DNA from: Hypanus sabinus
Lineage: Eukaryota
Assembly (NCBI RefSeq): GCF_030144855.1
Contig: NC_082719.1
Location: 88,784,001-88,848,000 of the forward strand
DNA length: 64,000 bases
Direction of reading: 5' to 3'
Of this stretch, positions 23,673-36,292 are shown one piece after another. The first letter of the stretch is position 1; each line of letters starts with the position of its first letter. The position numbers and the translations under genes are program-made. Below the pieces are notes generated by a model, which saw nothing but the letters and a program-made list of their open reading frames with translations, did no database searches and was not told the DNA's origin.

Positions 23673-23708
23673 AGTCCTGACGAAGGGTCTTGGCCCGAAA
23701 TGTCGACT
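23673..23708 (+). ncRNA. Minimal hammerhead ribozyme (plus strand)
   Basis: AGUC-CUGACGA-AGGGUCUUGGCCC-GAAA-UGUC^GACU; stem I AGUC/GACU, stem II GGGUC/GGCCC. Confidence 0.7.
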
Positions 23709-24856
23709 GTGCTTCTTCCTATAGATGCTGCCTGGCCTGCTGCGTTCCACCAGCATTTTGAGTCCTGTGTGTGTTGCTTGAATTTTCAGCATCTGCAGAT
23801 TTCCTGGTGTTTCCATCAGTTACTGTGTGATAAAGAAAGCCCATATAGAATGCCACCTCCAAAGTAAAAAAAAATATTTCTAAGATTGAAAAATTTGCAT
23901 TTCCATACCCTTTCCATATTATGCATGTATATATGTAAGTATTTATTTTTTCATTCATAGAATCTGAGATAAAGTGGGAGAAAATAGTTGAGCTTAGTAC
24001 ATTAATGAGGAACTCCTTCAGTGATGTTCTGACACTGATCTAACTTACTGCCAACGACCACAGCCATCCACCAGTATTCAGGTATGATTCCAGTAATTGC
24101 TATGCTTTCCTTATTTCTCATTGTCTTCGGTCTCACTGTGGCTCCATAATACCTTCAAATCAGGACCGACCTGGGGGAAGAAACAGTGGCCTTGCCTCTG
24201 GCACAGAGTCTGGCCCTGTGGCTCATAAGGTCAGGAAACTGAAGGGGATGGCAGCAATCATAGGGCTCTCTATAGTTAGGGGGACAGATAGTCAGTTCTG
24301 TGGAAATAAAAAGGAAACACGGATGGTAGTTTGCCTCCCAGGTGCCAAGGTCTGCGATGTTTCTGAAAACGTCCACAACATGTTGAAAAGGGAGGGTGAG
24401 CAGCCAGAAGTCGAGGTACATATTGATACCAACTATGTAGGTAGAAAAAAGGAGGAGGTCCTGAACCAGAATACAGAGGGTTAGGAAGGAAGCTGGGAAG
24501 CAGAACCTCAAGGGCAGTAATCTCCAGATTGCTGCTGTGCCACACGACAGTGAGGATAGGAATAGAATGAGGTGGTGTGGTTGAAGAATTGGAGCAGGGG
24601 ACAGGGATTCAGATTTCTGGATCATTGGGGCCTCTTCTGGGGCAGGTGTGACCTATACAAAAGGACGGGTTGCGCATGAATCTGAGGGGGTTTAATATCC
24701 TTGCAGGCAGGTTTGCTAGAGCTGTTGGGACTAATATGGCAGGGGGATTGGGACCAGTATGATAGAGCTAAGGATGAGTCAGGAATTTTACAAGTAAATG
24801 ATGTAATATGTAACATGACAGTAAGGAAGGACAAGTCAATGATTGGATATTGAATT

Positions 24857-25830
24857 GACTTTACTTCATACATACTTCACATACATGAGGAGTAAAAATC
24901 TTTATGTTACATCTCCATCTAAATGTGCAATGTGCAATCATAGCAATTTATAATAAATAGAACAGTCAATGTAATATAGAGTGCACTCAAATCAGTGTGA
25001 GTTCATCAGTCTGATGGCCTGCTGGAAGAAGCTGTCCAAGAGCCCGGTGGTCCTGGCTTTTATGCTGCAGTACCGCTTCCCAGATGGTAGAAGCTGGAGT
25101 AGACTGTGGTTGGGATGGTTTGGATCCCCAGTGATCCTACAGGCCCTTTTCACACACCTGTCATTGTTAAAGTCCTCAATCATGGGAAGTTCACAACTAC
25201 AGATGTGCTGGGCTGTCCACACCACTCTCTGCAGAGTCCTGTGATTAAGGGAGGTACAGTTCCCATACCAGGCAGTGATGCAGCCAGTCAGGATGCTCTC
25301 AATTGTGCCCATGTAGAAAGTTCTTAGGATTTAGGGTCCCATGCCAAACTTCCTCAACCACCTGAGGTGAAAGAGGCGCTGTTGTGAGACCCTGTAAGGT
25401 TCTCAGTGATGTGGATGCCAAGGAACTTAAAGCTGATTACCCTCTCAACCCTAGATCCATTGATGTCAATGGGGGGTAGCCTGTTTCTATTCCTCCTGTA
25501 AGCCACAACCAGCTTCTTTGGTTTTTGTGACATTGAGGGAGAGGTTGTTTTCTTGACACCATTGTGTCACGGTGATGAGTTCTTCCCTCTAGGCCACCTC
25601 ATTGTTGTTTGAGATTAGGCCAATCAGTGTAGTGTCGTCAGCAAATTTAATGAGCAGATTGGAACTATGAGTGGTGATACAGTCATGTGTATGCAGAGAG
25701 TTAAAGAGGGGACTCAGAACGCAGCTCTGAGGGCTCCTGTCTTGAGAGTTAGAGGGTTGGAAGTAAGGGATCCCATTCTTACAACCTGTTGGCAATTTGA
25801 CAGGAAGTCCAGGATCCAGCTGCACAGGCA
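24857..25830 (-). mobile_element. Rex1/Babar LINE (RT 3' half) nested in CR1
   Basis: CVLSPLFNSLHTHDC..IKFADDTTLIGLI; IESILTGCITAWYGNC...DPNHPNHSLLQLLPSGKRY...DSFFQQAIRLMN. Confidence 0.9.
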
Positions 25831-26949
25831 AAATCAAGGTACATATTGGTACCAAATAGTAGCCAAGATGTGGAGTTGTGATTACAAAGGGAGCTGGAAA
25901 GGGCATGTAATAATTTTACTAACAGTAATGTAATTGGGACTTCAATATGCAGGGGAATTGGGAAAATCAGTTGGTGCCCAATCACAAGAGAGGGAATTTG
26001 TTGAATGCCAATGAGAAGGCTCCTTAGAACAGCTTGTGTTTGAGCCCACTTGGGGAAAGGCTATCTTAGATTGGGTGTTGTGTAATAACCCAAATCTTAT
26101 TAGTCAGCTGAAGTAAAGGAATACTTAGGTGGCAGTGATCATAGTATGATTTAATTCTTACTATAATTGGAGAGGAAGAAGCATAAGTCACATGCAAAGT
26201 ATTGTAATGGAATAAAGGGAATTACAGAGGCATGAGAGAGGAGCTTGCCCTGGTAGATTGGAGGGAGATACTGGTGCAGATGATGGCAGAAGTCAGGTGG
26301 CTGAAGATTCTGGGAATAGATCACAAGGCAAAGGATAGATAAGCCCCACAGAAGAAGATGTTCCCAAATGACAGGGCTAGGCAACTGTGGCTGTCAAGGG
26401 AAGCTTAGGACTGCCTAAAAGACAAGGAAAGGGCATATAAGGTGGTGAAAGTGAGTGGGAAGTTGGATAATTTGGAAACTTTTAAAATCCAACAAAATGC
26501 AACTAAAAAAGCTATAAGAAGGGAAAAGTTGAAATATGCGATCAAACTAGCCAATAATATAAAGCAGCTAAATAAAGACTAAAAGGGAGGTGAGAGTTGA
26601 TATTGGAACACTGGTGAGGTAGCAATTGGGGACAAAGAAATGGCAGATGAATTTCATGAGTATTTTGCTGCAGTCTATACTCTGGAAGACAATAGCTGTA
26701 TGCCAGAGCTCTGTTAGTGTCAGGGAGCAGGAGTGAATGCTACTGCTATTACAAACAAAGAAGTGCTGAGCAAACTGAAAGATCTTCAGGTAGATAAGTT
26801 ACATGGACCAGATAAACTACATCCCAGAGACCTGAAAGAGGTTGCTGAAGAGCCAACAGATGCATTGGTCTTGATCTTTCAAGAATCACATGATTCTGAC
26901 ATGCTTTCAGAGGAGTGGAAAAGTGAAAATCTCATTCCACTCTTTAAGA

Positions 26950-28108
26950 TCAGAATCAGAATCAGGTTTATTACCATTGGCATGTGATGTGAAATTTGTT
27001 AACTTAACAGCAGCAGTTCAATGCAATACATAACATAGAAAAAAAATAAATGAAATAACAATAATAAATAAATAAATTATAGTATATGTATATTGAGTAG
27101 TTTTTAAAAATGTGCTAAAAACAGAGATACTATATATTAAAAAAAAATGAGGTGGTGTCCAAGGGTTCAATGTCCATTTAGGAATCGGATGGAAGAAGGG
27201 AAGAAGCTGTTAATGAATTGCTGAGTTTGTGCCTTCAGGCTTCTGTACCTCCTACCTGAAGGTAACAGTGAGAAAAGGGTCATGCCCTGGGTACTGGAGG
27301 TCCATAGTAATGGATGGTGCCTTTTCTGACAAACCACTCCCTGAAGATGCCCTGGGTACTTTGTAGGCTAGTAACCAAAATGGAGCTGACTAGATTTACA
27401 ACCCTCTACATCTTCTTTCGGTCCTGTGTAGAAGCCCCTCATACCAGACAGTAATGCAGCCTGTCAGAATGCTCTCCACGGTACAACTATAGAAGATTTT
27501 GAGTGTATTTGTTGACATGCCAAATCTTCAAATTCCTAATGAAGTATAGCCACTGTCTTGCCTTCTTTATAAGTACATCAATATGTTGGGACCAGGTTAG
27601 ACCCTCAGAGATCTTGACACCCAGGAATTTGAAACTGCTCACTCTCCCACTTCTGATCCCTCAGTGAGGATTGGTATGTGTTCCTTTGTCTTACCCTTCC
27701 TGAAGTCCACAGTCAGCTCTTTCATCTTACTGATGTTGAGTGCCAGGTTATTGTTGGCATATCTCACTCCTGTGTGCCCTCTCGTCACCACTTGAGATTC
27801 TACCAAAAATGGTTATATCATCAGCAAATTTATTGATGGTATTTGTGCTATGCCTAGCCACACAGTCATGTGTATACAGAGAGTAGAGCAGTGGGCTAAG
27901 CACACACCCCTGAGGTGCGTCAGTGTTGATCATCAGCGAGAAGGAGATGCTATCGCCAATCCACACAGACTGTGGTCTTCTGGTTAGGAAGTCGAGGATC
28001 CAATTGCAGAGGGAGGTACAGAGGCCCAGGTTCTGCACCTTCTCAATCAGGATTATGGGAATGATGGTATTAAATGCTGAGCTATAGTTGATGAACAGCA
28101 TCCTAACA
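26950..28108 (-). mobile_element. Rex1/Babar LINE nested in CR1 RT region
   Basis: [15 protein letters not shown]...[18 protein letters not shown]...KFADD; (CTGATT)n tail; taaga on both flanks (26945-26949, 28109-28113). Confidence 0.9.
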
Positions 28109-29589
28109 TAAGAAAGGAGGAAGACAAAACAAAGAAAATTTTAGGTCAGTTAGCCTAACCTCAGTGGTTGGTAAAGTGTTGGAGTCCAATATTAAGGATG
28201 TTTCAGGGTACTTGGTCACTTATGATAAAATAAGTCAAAGTCAGCATGGTTTCTGTCAAGGGAACTCTTGCCTGTTAGAATTCCTCAAGGTAGTAACAGG
28301 CAGGGTGGACAAAGGAGAAGCAGTGCATGTTGTTTACTTAGGTTTTCAGAGGGCATTTGATAAATTGCCATACATGAGGCTGCTTAACAAGATCAATTCT
28401 TTCGGTATTACAGGAAATATACTGGCAATGAGAGAGGAATGGCTGACAGGCAGGAGGCAATGGATGGGAATAAAGGGGGCTTTTCTGGTTGGCTGCCAGT
28501 AACTGGGGGTGTTCCTCAGAGGGTCTGTATTGGGACCACTACTTTTTGCATTGTCTGTCAGTGATTTGAATAATGGAATTGATGGCTCTGTAGCAAAGTT
28601 TGTAGATGATACGAAGACAGGGAAGGGGTTGGTAGTGCTAAGAAATCAGTGCAATTGGAGCAGGACTTAGACAAATTGAAAGAATGGGCAGAAAAGTGGC
28701 ATATGGAATACAGTGGTGGGAAATGTATGATAATGCATCTTAGTGAAAGGAACAATAGTCCAGACTATTATCTAAATGAGGGGAAAATTCAAACAACAGA
28801 AGTGTAAAGGGACTCAGAAGTCCTCGTGTAAGACTCCCAGAAAGTTATTTCACAAATTGACTCTGTGATAAAGAAAGCAAATGCAATATTGCCATTTCTT
28901 TCAAGGGGAATAGAGTTTAAACACATGGAGATAATGCTGAAGATTTATAAGACACTAGTCAGGCTATATTTGGAGTATGGTTAACAGTTTTAGGCCCCAT
29001 ATCTCAGAAGTGATGTATTGCCTTTGGAGAGTCCAGAGGAAGTTCACAAGGATGATTCTGGGAACGTAGGGGTTAACATATGAGGAGCGTTTGGCAGCTT
29101 TTGATCTGTACTCACTGGAATTTAGAAGAATGAGTGGGGACCTCTTAGAAACTTACCAAAAGTTGAAAGGACTAGATAAAGTAGATATGGTGAGAATGTT
29201 TCCTCTGGTAGGGGTATCCAGAACTAGAGGGCACAGCCTTGATATTGAGGGGCAACCTTTTAGAACAGGTTTAGGAGGAATATTTTTAGCCAAAGAGAGC
29301 TGAATCTGTGGCATGCTGTATCAGAGACTGCAGTGGAGGCCAAGTCTATGGGTATATCCAAAACAGAAGTTGATAGATTCCTGATCGGTCATCAAAGGGT
29401 ATGGTGAAAGAACAGGTGTATGAGGTTGAATGGAATCCAGGATAAATCATGAAAATATGGTGGAGAGGACTCAATGGACTGGATGGGCTAATTCAGCTCC
29501 TGTGTCTTATGATCTTACGGTCTTAAGTTCAGTTTCAAGTTTAATTGCCATTCAATCATGTACATGAATACAACCAAATAAAACTGTTC

Positions 29590-29960
29590 CCTTTATCTTA
29601 GACACCCCTTCCATGGGAAATAGCTTTGTCATCTCCAATCTGTTCAAGCCTTTTAACATTTTGGAATGTTTCTATGAGATTCCTCCTCATTCTCCTGAAC
29701 TCCAGGGAGAGCAGCCCAAGAGCTGCCAGACGTTCCTCATCCCTCCTCCACCTACCTTTGTATTATTGGCACATTTAGCCACAAATCCATTAATGCCCTA
29801 GTCCAAATCATTGACATACATCTTAAAAACTAGCGGTTCCAATGTTGTTGCCTGTGGGACTCCACTGGTAACCAGCAGCCAGCCAGAATAGGATCCCTTT
29901 ATTCTCACTCTCTGCTTTCTGCCAATCAACCAATGCTTCACCCATGCTTGTAACTTTCCT
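29590..29960 (-). mobile_element. CR1 fragments (ORF2, internally deleted)
   Basis: gcctgtgggactccactggtaacc (reverse VTSGVPQ) and CR1 C-terminal region. Confidence 0.6.
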
Positions 29961-29964
29961 GTTT

Positions 29965-30336
29965 TGATTGTTATGTGCCATGTTGTATAACTTAGGTGTT
30001 CATGTTCTTTTCATGACCATGATTATTCTTGTCAATTTTTTCTGTAGAAGTTGTTCGCCATTCCTTTCTTCTGGGCAGTGTCTTCACAAGACAGATGACC
30101 TCAACCATTATCAATACTCTTCAGAGATTCCCTGGCATTCATGGTCGTATAACCAGGACTTGTGATATGCACTATTTGCTCATGCATCCTCCCACCACCT
30201 GCTCCCATGGCTTCCACTTACCCTGATCAGGGGTATAAGCAGGTGCTACACCTTCCCCAAGGGTGACCTGCAGACTAGCGGAGGGAAGAAGCACCTTACA
30301 CCTCCTTTGGTAGAGACATATCTCACCCTGCCACCC
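29965..30336 (-). mobile_element. Non-autonomous retroelement (RTE-derived, tentative), copy 1
   Basis: Reverse complement of 53283-53663. Confidence 0.65.
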
Positions 30337-31214
30337 AAGACACCATCTTACCGATGTCTATGTAACAATCATATGTAGGGCAGTCACATTCAGCTTACCT
30401 CTGGAATTCTACTATTTAGTCCATATTAGACAAAAGATCTGGACTAAAATGGGCTTACATAACTGAACACCAGTGGGCAAGTTATTAATGAGTAAGTGTT
30501 CAATTCCCACTGTAAGGAGATTGTATGTTCTCCTCACAGCCGTGTAGGTTTCCTCTCACATTCCAAAGATATACAGGTTAGGGTTAATGAGTTGTGGACA
30601 TGCTTTGTTGGCACATCTTTAATACTACAGCTAGGATGTCATGTGGTTCTGTGGCTGAGACTTATATCGCATTCTTATAATTTATTATGTAATGCTGCTG
30701 GTGGTTAGGGCAGCAAAGAAGGTCTGCTCCGCCATTCCATCATGGCTGATCCGTGATATCACTCAACTCCTTACACCTGCCTTCTCGCTATATCTTTTGA
30801 TGCCCTGACCGATCTGGAAACTATCAACTTCCGCCTTAAATATACCCATGGACTAAGGCTCCACTGCAGTCTGTGGCAGAGCATTCCACAGCTTCACTAC
30901 TCTCTAGATATGAGAATTCCTACTTACCTGTGACCTAAAACAAGTGCCGCTGTATCAGCTTTTAGAGCAGAGGTGCGAGTTTCCACTGCAGTACTCGGGG
31001 ACTGAATGGATTCCATTCACATTGAAACAGGACTCAAGACACTGGCGCTCTGACAGTGCATTGTGGTTGAGTCTGCATGTGTTAGACTGGGGTTAGACAT
31101 ATTCTCAATATACTCATATACTCAATATTGTAATGTATGTGGGAGAATCTCACTCTTAACTTTGCACCTGTTAACTATGCATTATAATTAACCAAGAATT
31201 TTATATTATAAATT

Positions 31215-31740
31215 GTGTTCAGTTCCAGTTGTGTCATTTTAGGAAGGATGTGGAATCTTTAGAGAGGATGCAAAGGAGATTTACAAGGATGCTGCCTGGA
31301 TTAGAGAGCATGTTATATGAGATAGGTTGAGTGAACTAGGACTTCTCTGTTTTGGAATGAAAGAGGAGAGTGGTGACTTGATAGACATGTACAAGATGGT
31401 AAAATGCATAGACTGAGTGCTTAGACAGACACTTTTTCCCAAGGCTAATATAAGAGGTCACAATTTTAAGATGATTAGAGAAAAGTATAGGAGGGTGTGT
31501 CAGAGATGAGTTCTTTACATAGAGAATGGGTAATGTGTGGAATGCGCTGCTAAGGGTGGTAGTGCAGTCAGATATATTAGGGGTATTCAAGAAACTCTTA
31601 GATAGGTGCATGGATGATAGAAAGATAAAGGGTTATATAGGAGAGAAGGGTTAGATTGATCTTAGAATAGGTTAAAAGATTGGTACAACATTGTGAACTG
31701 TGCTGTGTACTGCGCCTGTACTGTGCTGTAAAGATCTATG
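31215..31740 (+). mobile_element. CR1 3' fragment
   Basis: aggaaggatgtgg...gagaggatgcaaaggagatttacaaggatgctgcctgg...ctcttagataggtgcatggatg. Confidence 0.8.
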
Positions 31741-32124
31741 TTTGATGCTCAAATACAACACAATCCTTGTTATTCAACTTTGGCTATGGAAAAGCCTGAC
31801 AAACTATAAGCATCTCAAAACACACATTAATCACCTTTCAGCTGTAGACTACCCTATCCATATTCAGAACAGCAAGACTGGGTGTCACCTTGCCGTCTAG
31901 GTTTACAGCACTCGAGAAGAAATCATTTCCTGCCCTGGTTGAAGGGCAATTACACCTGGTGTCTCGCACTGTGTAGATCAGGTATCTAAACAAACAACTG
32001 GATGCAGTATGCCCATGCCTGACCTGGTGACTCTCAGCATCTGTTTGATGTATGAGTATTTTCTTTATATCCCAGAGTTCTCTGGTTCAGAAATCAGAGG
32101 CTAGATAGTAGGAAGTTTTACTTA

Positions 32125-32273
32125 TTTATTTGTATTTATTCATTTAGAGATACAGCACGATAATAGCCCCTTATAGCTGAATGAGCCCATGTCACCCAAT
32201 TGCACCCATGTGACAAATTAACCTACTAACCCATGCATCTTTGGAATCTGGGAGGAAACCCAAGCCTCCAACA
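32125..32273 (-). mobile_element. V-SINE 3' half (5' half at 36034-36136), split by a CR1 insertion
   Basis: Collinear with 5060-5298; breaks at ggaggaaacccaagcctccaacag and resumes at gaaatctgtgtggtca. Confidence 0.8.
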
Positions 32274-32850
32274 GAGGTTGGCACTGAGGTTGGACCCTCG
32301 AATAGGAAGGGGAGGAGGGAAGAGAAGAGAGCGGTAGTGATAGAGGATTCTATAGTCAGGGGGGTGGATAGGAGATTTTGTGGGGAAGATTGGGAGTCTT
32401 GGATGGTATGTTTCCTCCCTGGTACCGGGGTCCAGGACATCTCAGATCCAGTGCAGGTTATTCTCGAAAGGGAGGGCAAGAACTCAGATGTTGTGGTCCA
32501 CTTAGGGACCAACGATGTGGGTAGGATGAGTGCAGGGGTCCTGCGTAGTGAGTTCAGGGAGTTAGGTGTGAAGCTGAAGGGCAGGACCTCCAGGGTAACA
32601 ATCTCAGGATTGTTACCTGTGCCACGTGCGAGTGAGGCAAGGAACAGAAGGATTATACAGATTAATACATGGCTGAGAGGATGGTGCAGGAGGGAGGGCT
32701 TCAGGTTTTTAGATAATTGGGCTTTGTTCCAGGGAAGGTGGGATCTGTTCTGACGAGACGGTTTATACCTGAACTGGAGCGGTACTAACATTCTTACAGG
32801 AAAGTTTACTAGTGCTGCTCGGGGGTGGGGGGGGTGTTTAAACTAAATTT
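32274..32850 (+). pseudogene. CR1 ORF1 SGNH/GDSL esterase domain (disrupted)
   Basis: VVIEDSIVRG (block I, G>E), LPG, HLGTND, DGLYLN (H>Y); stop at 32751-32753. Confidence 0.9.
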
Positions 32851-33129
32851 GCAGGGGGCAGGGATCCAGAATGTGAGAGAGGATAGCGAGATGAAGAATA
32901 AAGGACAGGTGGGGATCACACGGTTCTGGAATATTAAGTGTATAGTACAGAAAGGTGAGGCGGAACAAGTGATTAGGAGGACACATGTACAGAGGGATGG
33001 TCTGACAGAACATGGAGTTAAATGTGTAGAAAGAATAAGGAAATTTAGGAAGGACAACAAAATTCAAGGGGCGTATAGCCCGATGGGAGTTCGGGGAGCT
33101 GGGTTAAGCACAATAGATAACAATTTAAA

Positions 33130-35953
33130 CAGAAAGAGGAGAAATGGGCTAAAAATTCTATATCTGAATGCACGGTGTCAGAAATAAGGTGTATGAGCTT
33201 GAAGCTCAGGTGTGAATGGGTAACTATGATGTTGCTGGGATAACGGAGACATGGCTGCAGGGAGATCAGACCTGGGAAATGAACGTACAAGGGTATATGT
33301 GCTATCATAGGGACAGAAATGTGGGCAGAGGGGGTGGGGTGGCCCTGTTGGTGAGGAATGAGATTCAGTGCTTTGCAAGGGGGGACATAGGATCAGGAGA
33401 AATAGAGTCTGTGTGGATAGAACTGAGGAACAGTAAGGGCAAAAAGACCCTAATGGGTGTTGTCTACAGGCCACCAAACAGTAGCATGGATATTGGGTGC
33501 AAGTTGAATAGGGAGTTAACATTGGCATGTGGCAAAGGTAATGTCGCAGTAGTTATGGGGGATTTCAACATGCAGGTGAACTGAGAGAATCAGGTTGGTG
33601 CTAGACCCCAGGATAGGGAGTTTGTAGAGTGCCTACAGGATGCATTCTTGGAACAGCTTGTACGAGAGCTGACCAGGGACAAGGCTATTCTGGATTTAGT
33701 GTTATGTAATGAACAGGATTTGATTAGCGATCTTGAAGTAAAGGAGCCATTAGGAGGTAGTGACCATAATATGATAAGTTTTTATCTGCAATTTGAGAAG
33801 GGTAAGGGCAGATCGGAGGTGTCAGTGTTGCAGTTGAACAGGGGAAACTATGGAGGCATGAGGGAGGAGCTGGCCAAAGTTGACTGGAAGGATATCCTAG
33901 CAGAAAAGACAGTGGAAAAGCAATGGTAGGTATTCTTGGGAATAATGCACAAGGTGCAAAATCAGTTCATCCCCTGGAGAAGGAATGATTCAAAGGGGGG
34001 AAAGGGGCCATAGTGGTTGACAAAGGAAGTCAGAGATTGCATAGCATTAAAAAAAAGTATGACAGAGCTAAGGTGAGTGGGAAGACAGATGATTGGGAAA
34101 TTTTTAAGGAACAACAGAACTTAACTAAAAAGGCAATACGGGCAGAAAAAATGAGGTACGAACGCAAGCTTGCCAGGAATATAAAGGAGGATAGCAAAAG
34201 CTTTTTTAGGTATGTGAAGAGAAAGAAGATAGTTAAGAACAATGTTGGTCCCTTGAAGAATGAATTGGGTGAAATTGTTATGGGTAACAGAGAAATGGCA
34301 GAAGAATTTTATAAGTACTTTAGATCTGTCTTCACTAGGGAAGACACAAGCAATCTCCCAGATGTATGGATGGGCCAAGGACATAGGGTAACAGAGGAAA
34401 TGAAACAGATTGACATTAGGAAGGAAACGGTGATGAGTAGACTGATGGGACTGAAGGCTAACAAATCTGCAGGTCCAGATGGCCTGCATCCTAGGGTACT
34501 AAAGGAGGAGGCTCTGGACATTGCAGATGCATTGGTAATCATTTTCCAATGTTCCTTAGATTCAGGATCAGTTCCTGAGGATTGGAGAATGGCTAATGTT
34601 ATCCCACTTTTTAAGAAAGGAGGGAGGGAGGAAACAGAGAACTATCGTCCTGTCAGCCTAACATCAGTAGTGGGGAAGATGCTAGAGTCCATTATTAAAG
34701 ATGAAATAGTGGCATATCTAGATAGCAGTGATAGGATTGGGCTGAGCCAGCATGGATTTACCAAGGGCAAATCAAGCTTGACTAATCTATTGGAGTTTTT
34801 CGAGGATGTAACCAGGAAGTTAGACAAGGGAGATCCAGCGGATGTAGTGCACCTCGATTTTCAGAAGGCATTTGATAAGGTCCCACATAGGAGATTGGTG
34901 TGTAAAATCAGAGCTCATGGCATTGGGGGGAAGATATTGACATGGATAGAAAACTGATTGGCAGATAGAAAGCAAAGGGTAGCAGTGAATGGGTGTTTCT
35001 CGGAATGGTAGGTGGTGACTAGTGGGGTGCCACAGGACTCGGCATTGGGACCACAGCTGTTTAAGATTTACATCAACGATTTAGATGAAGGCATTGAGAA
35101 TAACATCAGCAAGTTTGCTGATGCTACTAAGCTGGGTGGCAGTGTGACATGTGATGAGGATGTTAGGAGAATTCAGGGTGACTTGGATAGGCTGGGTGAG
35201 TGGGCAGATACTTGGCAGATGACGTTTAATGTGAATAAGTGTGAGGTTATCCACTTTGGGAGTAAGAACAGGAAGGCAGATTATTATCTGAATGGTGTAG
35301 AGTTAGGTAAGGGAGAAAAACAAAGAGATCTAGGGGTCCTTGTTCATCAGTCACTGAAGGTGAATGAGCAAGTGCAGCAGGCGGTAAAGAAGGCTAATGA
35401 AATGTTGACCTTTATTACAAAGGGAATTGAGTACAAGAGAAAGGAAATCCTTTTGCATTTGTACAGAGCCCTGGTGAGACCACACCTGGAGTATTGTGTA
35501 CAGTTTCGGTCTCCAGGGTTAAGGAAGGACATCCTGGCTGTAGTGGAAGTGCAGCGTAGATTCACAAGGTTAATTCCTGGGATGTCCGGACTGTCTTACG
35601 CAGAGAGGTTAAAGAGAATGGGCTTGTACACACTGGAATTAAGGAGATTGAGAGGGGATCTGATTGCAACATATAAGATTATTAAGGGATTGGACAAGAT
35701 AGAGGCAGGAAATAAGTTCCAGATGCTGGGAGAGCCCAGTACCAGAGGGCATGTTTTAAGAAAAAGGGGTAGGTCATTTAGGACAGAGTTAAGGAAAAAC
35801 TTCTTCTCCCAGAGAGTTGTGGGGGTCTGGAATACACTGCCTCAGAAGGCAGTGGAGGCCAATTCTCTGGATGCTTTCAAGGAGGAGCTAGATAGGTATC
35901 TTATGGATAGGGGAATCAAGGGATATGGGGACAAGGCAGGAATCGGGTATTGA
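33130..35953 (+). pseudogene. CR1 ORF2 APE endonuclease-reverse transcriptase (frameshifts and stops; FADD mutated to FADA)
   Basis: LYLNAR, GITETWL, VYRPPN, GDFN, GGSDHN, GPDGLHPRVLKE, NYRPVSLTS, DFQKAFDKVPH, VTSGVPQ, KFADATKLGG (35114-35125), RPHLEYC. Confidence 0.95.
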
Positions 35954-36033
35954 TAGTAGATGATCAGCCATGATCTCAGAATGGCTCGAAGGGCCAAATG
36001 GTCTACTTCTGCAACTATTGTCTATTGTCTATT

Positions 36034-36136
36034 GAAATCTGTGTGGTCATAGAGAAAATGTAGAAACAGCGGTGGAATTAAACCTGGGTCATCGTGCTGT
36101 AATGGCATATGCTAACCACTAACTCCCTTGCCGCCC
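36034..36136 (-). mobile_element. V-SINE 5' half (tRNA-like head)
   Basis: cagcggtggaattaaacctggg...tgctaaccact...gccgccc. Confidence 0.7.
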
Positions 36137-36292
36137 TTTGAAAGGAGAAAGTCACACAAGGTTTTGACATTCTGATGTGGTGTAAAGGGGGAAGTGGTTA
36201 AACATTCTTAATGCATCTGCATCCAATTAATTAGAAGCAATTGTGTGGCTAAAGGAATGCAGGATGTGTGAATTGTAATTAAGTATGAGAAT

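Larger units (their letters stand above)
23577..23810. mobile_element. Palindromic mini-PLE with two back-to-back hammerhead ribozymes and perfect 12-bp TSD
   Basis: Arms 23581-23667 and 23672-23759 are near-perfect reverse complements with a 4-nt spacer; TSD ttccatcagtta at 23565-23576 and 23811-23822. Confidence 0.92.
24155..29523 (+). mobile_element. Degraded near-full-length CR1 (esterase ORF1, APE, RT, tail) carrying two Rex1 insertions
   Basis: SIVRGTD..MVVCLPGAKV..HIDTN; GPDKLHPRDLKEVAEE; SQHGF..FQRAFDKLP; tail tcttatgatcttacggtctta. Confidence 0.88.
32274..36033 (+). mobile_element. Relatively young 5'-truncated CR1 LINE (ORF1 esterase, ORF2 and 3'UTR)
   Basis: Continuous homology through ORF1 and ORF2; tail (ctattgt)n ending 36033. 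Confidence 0.95.

Noticed and set aside
23581-23759. pre-miRNA or DNA-transposon MITE
   Set aside because: The arms are PLE pLTR sequence, the element is asymmetric (one-sided tail), and TSDs across copies vary from 12 to 15 bp, unlike a cut-and-paste MITE. There is no small-RNA evidence.
34013-35953. 314-aa and 313-aa ORFs as functional genes or an active LINE
   Set aside because: Pieces of one CR1 ORF2 broken by stops and frameshifts, with the catalytic FADD mutated.
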